NCBI GenBank assembly: GCA_053919585.1
Contig: CM132819.1
Origin: Euprymna scolopes
Lineage: Eukaryota
DNA length: 64,000 bases
Strand: one strand, 5' to 3'
The stretch's first letter is position 1. The number at the start of each line of letters is the position of its first letter. The translations under genes were made by a program, and so were the position numbers. The notes under the pieces are model-generated. The model searched no databases. It saw nothing but the letters and a program-made list of their open reading frames with translations, and was not told the DNA's origin. Positions 54,101 through 64,000 of this stretch are shown piece by piece.

Positions 54101-55906
54101 TGTAAAACTTCTGGATTAGGAATGTATTTTCCCCGTCCTGAGACGGGTATTTTTCTAAAATATAAATTTATTTTAGGATTATACTATACTAAATCAATGT
54201 CCTATGCATTGAACACACGTTTCAATTTTAGCCATGACACACCAGGTAACGGATATATTTTAGGCGTGTTTAGTTTATGGCATATTTACCCTAATCGTGC
54301 GATTTAATTTTGAATCCAGTCATTTTGGTAAATATTTTTATGCTTCAAGTTCTTAATATTTGAAAACAATAGATCAATTTGGTTTATGAATAGTTTGTAG
54401 ATAAATTTACTTTGGGAATAGTCTCGAATTAATACATTCTATGTGACCAAGTGATGGGACTTCAGTGTAGACCTAAGAGTCATGATAATCCAAGAGTGAC
54501 TGAACTCTTAAACCACTTTTATAAGGGTCTCATCACTGGACTCCGATTCATGTTATATCCTTTTTGGCTAGGATCAAAGTGTAGTATATGACCAATGACG
54601 CCCATTTTCCTACACTTCCGATTGACCGTGTGCCTAATTTGCTTAAAATTAGGAAACTATTTTTTTTAATTTTACAAATAAATAATTCAAAGTGTAGTAA
54701 CTGTTCTGACATTGAACTTCTGTTCTCAATGAATGAAGGAAAATATTCTAGACTGAATCTATTTTTATTTTTTCACAATCTTGAGTTCCGTCTGTAGGAA
54801 GACGAGTTTTATCCACATTATGAACCAAACGTGTATCTAACACTTCCTTTGTGTGGGGGCAAGGAAATAGAAGCCTTTAGATGTAACTCTAGCAGATAAG
54901 ACCACTACAACTCTGAATGCCCTTAGAGCAGTAGAACTGAAGGCCTATTTTACACCTCATCAGATACAGATCTGTGTCAGATGTAGGTAGGGGCTTAATA
55001 GAGAGAACTTATGTATTTGATAGAGTTGGCAAATAGGGTAGGTGGAAGAAAATAAGTAAAAATGACTGAGAAGAATTTCTGAGACATTTTAACTATTTTT
55101 CGATGGTGATGTGGGAGGGGGAACCTTGACCAACGCTTTGATTCAGGTTTAGTTTCCAGAAGAATATATTTTAGGAATTTAAGTTGAAGATAAAGCGTAC
55201 TAGTGGGGCCCATGGAAATTCAAAAGCTGTATTCTTCATCTCTTGTATATTGCTATAGTTCCTAAAAATATTTTTATATTTTTCCAAATGGAAACACACT
55301 TATCTTAGTAGTCTGGTTAATCTAGTTCAAAAATATGCCTAATTATGAGAGTCTATCACAAAAATCCTTGACGTTTGGTGTGAAGGCAAACCTCACAATA
55401 TTTTTGTACTATTTTTAGACAGAATGCATATAAAATTTTATTCAAGCTTAAGATCTAAGAAATTTCTTAGTTCAAGTTCCATATTCGATAAAAAAAAAAA
55501 AAAGCGATAAAAAGGCGACATGAGATGAAATTTAAAAATATTTCTTCTTCGATGATCGGGCGGTAGTATCTTTTTGAAAAGGAGATGAAAGGTGATGGCG
55601 TACCTACGCACATGAAATTATTTTAATGTATTATTATATAGGTAAAAGAAATTCTAAAACCTTGGATGCAAATCTGTAGTAACTGTGAACAGGAAGAAAT
55701 ATAGGAGTTTGTAAAACTATGGTAATTCTTTTATCTCAAAAATAAATGTCGTTAATTGTATTTTTTTTTCTTTTAAAGGGGTTGAGCAGGATCAAAGAGT
55801 AATCCAGCGAAAGGGTGAGTGTGTGTGAGAGAGAGAGAGAGAGACAAAAAAAAATTAAGAGGTGAAGGCGGTTAGATAACTGCGGTAATTTTATCAGGGT
55901 ACTTAC

Positions 55907-55948
55907 TTCCCCCGTTTATTTGTGTTTCCATCGGCGGACACTGAATAA
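55907..55948 (-). CDS. Eph: Candidate juxtamembrane cassette exon, 42 nt, phase 1-1 (xIQCPPMETQINGG)
   Basis: Long T/C tract ending ccccag|, donor |gtaagt. Length divisible by 3 and open in the phase required by exon 40715-40858. Confidence 0.75.
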
Positions 55949-58139
55949 CTGGGGGGAGAAAAAAAAACAGAAATAATAATAAAGGAACAACACGAAGACC
56001 TGAGAAAGGAACGTAGCAATTCAAAGATGAATGCGGAAGCGAGCAGGCATGCGGACAGCCAAGACAAAAAAAAAATGGAGCCGTAAAGAAACAAATAAAC
56101 AAACAAAAAGATGAAGAGGAGAAAAGAAATCGCGAGCAGCGTTTGCCATACGCAGGCATGCATATACGCAACGAAAGAACAAATTCTAGATTCCAAAAAG
56201 TGGAATTACTTTATTAAATTGGAACCAAATTAAATATGGCATGGAACCAACTGAAGACGAATGTTCTAAATTCCACTTGGAAATTTGAATAGAATGTTGA
56301 AACATTTAAGAGGATTTCTGCATGTTATTTAATAATAGATTATCAATGACACCTACGGTCACAACCACTATTGTTCCATTTGTGTTTCATTCAAAAATTC
56401 ATAAACTTAATTGTTTTTATGGGTTTTTTTTTTACATAACTATAAATATTGAGTTTTTATTTCTACATGTTTCATGTGAATTATATGCATAAAGGTTGCT
56501 ATTATTTTGCTATTTGGTTTACATAAGTCTTTGCGGTGTGTAGGAACACAATTAAAAAGAGAATTACTCTTTCTCTAACTGCTCACAAAGGCATTCACAA
56601 CTATTGGAGAGTAGTTGAACAATGAGAACGCAAAAGACTTTCATAGGTAGGTACAAGATGAGTAACATGTTCAGTTAACTACAAATTATCGCTAATTAGA
56701 GTGGATTAGAATTTTAAACATAACTGTGCCAAAATTGAGGAATATTTTATCATGTATTTTGCATTTTTATAATCATTTTTTTATAAAAGCCTTAGATAAA
56801 GAAATTTTTTTTTACTTGGCCTTTGTACAAAAGATTATAGATGATGAATCAGAGGAAATCGTCCGTAAAGTCTGGTATAATATGTAAAAAAAAATGAATG
56901 AATAAATAAATCAATTGGAATTTACTTTCTTTTCAATGCAGTAAGATGTGACGAGGTTAGCTGGAGGATGGGGGAGGTCAACTCCTCCCGCTGGGGTAAC
57001 TCTGGTCAAATGCAAAATAGCTGATAACAGACCTGTGAGCATTACGCATTAGCAGCACTTTAGACGATCAGCAATAACTCACTCAGGTTGATCTCCAAAG
57101 ACTTAACTACTTAATTCTAAGAATGGTATCGCGTTTTAAGTTACTCACTAGATTACCGGATACCAAGGTTGGTGTGACAATTGGAGAATATTTAAATATC
57201 CTATGTGTTTCGATTTCATGAACATCTTGTTTCTGAATATATATTGTTATTCATTCAATTAAAAATGTTTTGACTGTCATATTTCTTCTAAAACCATCTC
57301 CACATTTTATTTGAGATTCGTTTTACATGCTTGCATGTGTAAAATTGCTTTTAGAAATTGACTTCCAAGCTAACCTACCTCTGACCAGACCTTTTTTTAT
57401 CCCACTTTCTCTCAATTCTATCTTTATCTCCTCGTCTTCTTCTGCCTTCTTCTCTAGGCTGATCCTACTACCTAAATTGTTCCACATCTAATAATCCAAG
57501 AACTATCATTTTTTTCAATATGGCCATTGAAATATCATCTACACATATCTTCAGATTTAATATTCCGTGCTCATCAAACTTAAGCCCCTCTTTAAGATTC
57601 ACATTACACATTGTGCCATTCTTATACTTCCTCCCAATGCAATGTGTATCGTCAATAATCACTGTCTAGCTTTCACTTCTATACATCGCATTGTGTACAC
57701 ATGCCTATTATATTTTTCTCTCCATCGACAGTGGCAATGCACTGCTGATTAGTAATGACAAATGTTTCATGAACTCATTTCATTCACTCCTAATTAATGT
57801 TGTCACACTAGCACTTGTTCCATTTTTCTTCCGATGACATCATAAAGATAGAACCATTTCTGAACCTCAATAACGTCGACATTCATATATATTTTTCTGC
57901 ACATTCGAGTTCTCATTCGTCCCACTGTCTTACACTCTTTGCAGATAAACTGGTAATTTCTCAAACTACTTCATCCTAGAATATATTGCTTTTGCTTTAG
58001 TTGCATGGAATTAAGTGTGATATTATGGAGTTCAAGGTCGGATACACAAGCAAACATAGCACGCGAAAAATTGACCAATGTGCTGGTACGATCCGTGTTG
58101 AAGAAACCTGATGTAGATGGCTTTGTTTTCTTCAGATAA

Positions 58140-58290
58140 TTTTGTATTATTCTGTCCTCATCTCCGGCATTATTCTCGCAACGTTTTGGGCTGAAGTATC
58201 TAAATTTATTTAGGTTGCTCTTGTCAAACTCGGGAATCTGTACGGAATTTGTAACAGAACTCATTTAATTCAGGGAGGTAGTTTTTTCAC
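58140..58290 (-). mobile_element. Decayed Penelope-like pseudo-LTR fragment
   Basis: Homologous to 49870-50040, 59521-59650, 44316-44398, 30088-30170, 53500-53560 and 61620-61715. The family consensus resembles ctgaaga-stem-cgaaacg. Confidence 0.55.
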
Positions 58291-58957
58291 ATTCCCTCAG
58301 CCACAAGTAAAGTAAAAATCTAAAATATTTTGTACTTGTGTTCTTAGTATAGCTCGTACTGAAGATTTAACCGAAAATCCTCAGAAGACTTTCACTTAAA
58401 ACTGATTAATTTAGTGCTTATATCCAATGGGTCACGAGTGCTAGAAGAATCATACCAAGGATGAGAACAGTAGTCCGAATAATACAAATTATCCATCTTA
58501 GAAAAGGTACAAAACTTAAAATCAATATCAAGCAGGAAGCTGTGCTTGGAATTATATATCTTGCTTTAACCTCGGTTAGATGTGATATTGGAAACATAAA
58601 AACAACAAAATAAGCTTGATCCAAGCATTTGAGAAAGAAATTTAAACACGATTAAGCTTGTAAACAATATTAATGTGGCTTGAAAAACATAGTGAAAATG
58701 TGTATAGATGAGCGAGTGAGCGAATTATTGAAAGCAGATATGCAAGCGAGGGTTGAAGCAGCAGCCATGTCAATTTCAAACAAAAAAAAATAAAAATAAA
58801 AATGGGACACAAGATAACAAAGGTCAAGGGTTTTGTGCTGGAGAATAAAAAGGGAGACCCAATGCAGATCTGTGCAAATGGAATGTGCAGATTGCAATCG
58901 AAGAAATAACCCACACTTTACACACACCCTGTTCCCCCATCGCCGCCGTAAACTTAC

Positions 58958-58971
58958 ATGTCGTCCACATT
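58958..58971 (-). CDS. Eph: Candidate 14-nt microexon (AATGTGGACGACAT), reading phase unresolved
   Basis: cttcgttctgtcctccag| acceptor and |gtaagt donor, embedded in a GC-enriched non-repetitive block. Confidence 0.5.
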
Positions 58972-59520
58972 CTGGAGGACAGAACGAAGTTGGAAGGATT
59001 TAATTCAAATCTCTGCACATCAAACGAATTCATTTTCTAATTAACACTTTTTGAAAAAATAAATTATTTTGCAAATTTTACGGTTTAAAAGAAAATTTTT
59101 CATACCCGCCCAGGCAACTTTCTTCTCTTAATATATTCTTAATATATATTACATACGATATATCCATTACGATATTTCCATTATATTACATTATTAATAT
59201 ATATTGCATAGTGATATTTCCCTTAGATGCTGATGCCTTTTATGAGATGGGAAACCCGGTGCATTGGGTTAATATATACTACATTAGTTAGTTAATTAGT
59301 CAATGGTCTAATATGATTAGACGATTAAATTACAAGGAAGCAGTAATGAATGTAAATACTAATCTGTATTATTTGGATTCTTTGAATTACTGCTTTCATC
59401 TTGAGTGGCGTAGTGGATAAAGTACTTAGTAAATTCAGTTGTAAGTTACACTCTTTTGGATGTTGAATCCTCATTGCAATTCCATTGACACTTAAAATTT
59501 GATTATTTCTTAGAACGTCG

Positions 59521-59650
59521 ATCCAGTTATGGTTGATAGGAGAGTATGCTAGCCCCGTGGAATTAATATAGGGTTCTGTTCGAAATTTCATGCAGTTTGC
59601 AGAGTTAGACAAGATAAAAAGGTAGGAAGTTAAAACGGCCAACACGTGAA
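59521..59650 (+). mobile_element. Decayed Penelope-like pseudo-LTR fragment, opposite orientation
   Basis: ccccgtggaattaatatagggttctgttcgaaatttcatgcag...gagttagacaag...aacggccaacacgtga is an approximate reverse complement of 58140-58290 and 49870-50040. Confidence 0.5.
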
Positions 59651-60667
59651 AATGCCACTCAACATGAGACCAATCGTCTGAAGAATCCAAATATTATGAA
59701 TAGTCATTCCTCATCTCAAAGACTCAAAAACGTAGACAACAGTATTTGAACAGACAAACTTGATATTATTTTTAATCAGAAATTGTTAAGTATTGTCTGA
59801 TGCTTATACAATTAAAAATCTAAAAAGCATAAATAAAATAAAGTAGCTCTCAACCCAATGTGTATCCACGTCTAAGATGGAAGGGGAGATTATCTAGATG
59901 TCTGGAAAGACGTTAGCAAAATTTTGATAATGCTAGAATAATGGTATTCAAATACTGGCATTAAATTCAAAATTTCATTGTAATGAAGCTTGTCTGATTT
60001 CAAATCCATTATTCCCTTTATCTTATACGACCGAGACACAAAGAAAAAAAAAGTTGTGGAAAATAAGGAAAACGTCAGAGAAGTTTGTGTTTATTAGCGA
60101 GGGAAAAAGCCTTTGTTTACAGTTCTAGCACCTGAGACCCTGACACACATACACACATTCAGAACACACACATGCGTATGCATTACAACCATGCAGCTGC
60201 TGCTGCTGCTATCAGCAGTCTCATCTTGACTGAAAGCCTTCAGGTAAAAAGCTGATAAATTTCTAAAATCGTTGGTACGCAGGGAGGGGGGATAATAGAC
60301 AAGCAAAATAAAATAAAACCAAGAGGATGTTCATAGGAAAAAGTCTGCAGAAGACTTGAAAGGAAATGTTGCCCTTGCTGCTACCATAGTTCATACAGTT
60401 TGAGGGCATTTAGGGTCATTTAATGCTGAAACACTATAGACTGCCCATGTGCCTTGACGAGCATTGGACCTAGAAGTCAAGCGTAATAATTATGAATATT
60501 ACCACTTTAAGATAGCAACATTGATACGAAAACGAGTTACCCAGCACACACACTCTTATCATATGTTAGTGTTTGTGTATTTTATAATGTTGATTTTGAG
60601 CGGGACTACCCTCAAAATAAAGTGAATAGCCATATGAAGTCTTGTTTTGAGCATATTATGCTCTGGG

Positions 60668-60726
<59 letters not shown>

Positions 60727-61759
60727 CAGGAGCAGGACCGTGTAGAAACTTCAGTGCTTGTTACATCCATCTATATAATTTATTGTTGATAGTTTTAATA
60801 ACTTTGACTCCGAATTATGCTATTTTAGTATAAAAAAACAGCATCAAAGATCAAAGTCTTTTTCTTATTATATTCACTCCAAGCATGTTATATTGCCACT
60901 GAGATTGAGGTCAGATCTATAGAATGCATTCCAAGCAATTAGTTGTGCAGCAAGACGTTTGTCAACATTACATTTAAATTTCATGTTGGTGCAATCTGGG
61001 AAAACACTTTTCTGGCACCTCGGGATATATTCAGTGAAAGAGTTGATCTTTTGTTGCTAGTCAGATTGATTGAGAGCACTGAACTAGTACAAATAGAAGT
61101 TCATTGGAGAACATTCTATGAAAGTACTTGTAAAATATGCAGAGATACAACCCTGCAGCGATGTGGTAGAGATTAGAGTTTGGCAGAGGGTATGGTATCG
61201 AATAGGTTAGAGGTTATTTTATTTTCACAAAAGGAAGACACTTCTGGTTAGTGAACTAGCCAAGATATCACACAATACTTCATAAACAGGCAGATACTGG
61301 TTTTATAGAGAGAATAAAAAATGATACAGGAAACAATTGTTCAAGTTAATCAGCATATTGATATTGTGTTTTCAATCAAATGATGAATAAAAGTTTTAGT
61401 CACGATGACCAGTTTTGCAAGTCAAGATGTGTAACTTATTTTCTTTGGACATTGCAATAATTCAGATTTCTCCACTTTAGACAAAAGCAGAGAAAACATT
61501 TTAATACAAGTTTTATTTTTCTTTTGATTTCAAAAGAATTTTTCCCCCTGGACATTTACTTTCATTGTAAAGATTAAAAATAGAATTCTTATGCGTTCTA
61601 ACAATAACCAGACAAACAAGTTTGTTTTATTTGATTTATTCTAACTACTGTTCCCATCTTGTGGTATTTTTACGACGTTTCAACCGATATGACCTCTGAT
61701 TTTATTTTCAGCTGTAGATCTTCGTACTCTGAAAATTATTCAAACAGACTTTCTTAAAA

Positions 61760-61893
61760 ATAGAAAGTAAAATATTGCCAAAGCAAAATAATTTTGACTG
61801 TAAAGTACGATTTGAATCTTTTGTGGGTCTCAATCGAGGATCAAACCTCAGTCTCCTAGCCAATTAATGAAGACTAACCATTATATCAAATGG
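61760..61893 (-). mobile_element. Degenerate tRNA-derived SINE, 5' part
   Basis: Minus strand gatataatggttag (A box-like) ... gaggtttgatcct (B box-like), followed by caaaagattcaaatcgtactt. Confidence 0.55.
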
Positions 61894-61918
61894 GATGCAT
61901 TTACATATATATCTATAT

Positions 61919-61919
<1 letters not shown>

Positions 61920-61965
<46 letters not shown>
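61920..61965. repeat. (CA)n microsatellite
   Basis: Seen directly in the sequence. Confidence 0.98.
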
Positions 61966-61967
<2 letters not shown>

Positions 61968-62409
61968 TAAAAAGAGACATGTATGCTCACACACATAACT
62001 ATGGACCATACAAAAACAGACTAACACCCAGGTATACATGCATACATAAACGCACATGGTGCATGGTTAAGGTTATAGTTAGATATTTGAGGATTTATCA
62101 CACCCCTTCCACCCTTAACTTCGTCCGAAATGTCTCAGAGCAACAGCTTATTTTCTTTCTTGAAAAGAGCTTCATATTCTTACTTTTCATTTTCCTAATA
62201 TCCGCAAGGCCAAGTACATTCTTTTTACGTCTGCCATTTCAGTTTTAAAATGACTACCCTCCACATGACCCCCCCTCCTCGATCTCCTAGCAAACTTTTC
62301 CCAACTTCAGCTGCTATCAACTCCCCAGAGGATGAAGACAATTAGGGGTTCTATTACGACACTCGTCGTCACAGTTTATGTTAATTTTTGCAACATCCAT
62401 CTCACTTCC

Positions 62410-62930
62410 CGCATCAGCAACCAAAGCGATGTGGTGGTAGTGAATTGGGTGATGGAGAGTGATGGAGTTGAGGATGTGCTGGTTTTTGAGCGGCGTTGGG
62501 AGAATGCGGTATCTTCCTCATTATAAGACACTTTCACGTTTGTGATCGGGACTGGATGGTGTTGTTCCAAACCTCCCACCCTCAATCCCTTGAATTACGC
62601 AGGATGTGGGGGTGGCAAATTATAGTTGAATGACACAAATGTGTAAGCCTCCAAAAACACATGGAAACACCAGTAAAAAGATTCCTGCTCTAACAATTCT
62701 TTAATTCTCCCCTCGCGTGTGATTGTGCATCTTGTCAGTTCAACTCAAAAGGGCTATATTGCAATTCTCCAGAAACTTGGCGGCTTTGCGAGGAACCGAT
62801 CGTTGTAGATTATAAAATAAATCTTTCGTTCTTTGTTTTTTTTTTTAATAAAATAAATTAAATTTAATGAAAAAATATATTTTTTTTATTTTTAAAGATA
62901 AAATTTGATTGACAGAGAGTTTGTCCGAGA
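62410..62930 (+). pseudogene. Highly decayed Tc1/mariner transposase fossil
   Basis: Frames give VVVVNWVMESDG and W..SKPPTLNPLNY, resembling the VMV.G.VSS.G and WPP.SPDLNPLDY motifs; stops and frameshifts present. Confidence 0.35.
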
Positions 62931-64000
62931 TTTGTCTCTAGAGAAATAATTTAATGAATTGTGGTGCAGCAATGATTTTTTTTTTAATTCCAGTTTTAAA
63001 AATACAAAATAAAAATTTTAAAATAAATTTGAATTTTGCAAAGAACCTTGGGTTATAGGTTGAAAATTGTTTTAAAAACATTTACAGTATTGTCCTCATC
63101 AACAAGGTTTCTCAAGGGGGTCTGGAGCTGTTTTCAGGAGCCACAAGGCCATATTTGAAAAATGGAGAGACTACAGAATATTTAAGCCCGACAAAAATAT
63201 ACAAGTATTTTGTAATTAATTATTATTTACAATTTAAATATTAAATTTATTAAGTGAAATATAAAATTATTTTTTTTATTATATCTTTCCTCTGATCTTA
63301 GGCAAAATGGCTAGTTGGGATTAAATTTTTTCAACCTGCTATATTAACTAATTGAAAACATGTCAAACCAGAATCACTTATCGATTATGGAGGAAGAAAG
63401 CTATCGATGACAAAAATAAAAAAAGACCGACTTTTCATTACATGTTAAATGCTCATTAGTTGTACAAGTCGATGTTTATCATTTTAGTATTACATGTGTT
63501 GGATTATATTTCTCCATATAGTTTCATAGTCGCACTAATAGTAAACTCGTATTTCTGGACTTACAATCATGTAGAACATAAGAGAACTAAGTCGTACAAC
63601 AGTAGACCCATCTTCTGGTACAACCAATTATCTCAAAACCCGGGTCGCAATAATACTATTAACCGGAAATTAAGGCACCATTGTACATATAAAAAAGACT
63701 AAAATACCTTGGCCATCAAGTAATAAATAGTAACGTTAACGAGGACAATTTTTCAAAGCTATACAATGTATCTTGCTTCATTTAAAAAATGATTAAATTA
63801 TAATAGGATTTTTGCCATTTTAACTAGATAAAGTTTTCAAATAATCCAGACTTAAACTATTTGTGATAGAAGAGAAGTCATAATTTTAAACGATGAATTT
63901 TCGAATTTTTTTTTTTTGGGGGGGGGGTCATTATATTTAAAAAAAAAATCTTTTCCCCAAATAAAATGTAAAATTAGATTAAATCAATAAAAAATGTTTT

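Noticed and set aside
56947-57179. Solo LTR (TGTGAC…GTGACA)
   Set aside because: No matching target-site duplication and no second copy in the window; unresolved.
57468-57970. RTE LINE C-terminal fossil
   Set aside because: Resemblance is suggestive but too degraded to call without a profile search.

Overview
AT-rich animal genomic DNA with many (TA)n microsatellites. The repeat content suggests a mollusc, probably a coleoid cephalopod (inference only). The window holds the 3' part of one minus-strand Eph receptor tyrosine kinase gene. Eight exons splice in frame at GT-AG junctions (40715-40858, 39823-40008, 19457-19518, 17190-17288, 16396-16509, 16077-16271, 15398-15540, 13643-13913). They encode the juxtamembrane [11 protein letters not shown] motif, an intact kinase domain, a SAM domain and a C-terminal PDZ-type motif (GFLV*). 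No extracellular or transmembrane exons were recognised, so they probably lie beyond 64000. The main unexplained structure is in the >23 kb upstream of the juxtamembrane exon (about 42.3-59.0 kb). This stretch holds a series of candidate micro/cassette exons (14, 42, 89, 42, 10, 32, 19, 25 and 12 nt) with splice signals, several distal branch points and complementary phases, which suggests combinatorial splicing of the juxtamembrane segment. None can be confirmed without RNA data. The introns also carry non-autonomous Helitrons, 5S- and tRNA-derived SINEs, Penelope-like hammerhead remnants, MITEs and a 207-bp local templated duplication. There are no prokaryotic features.
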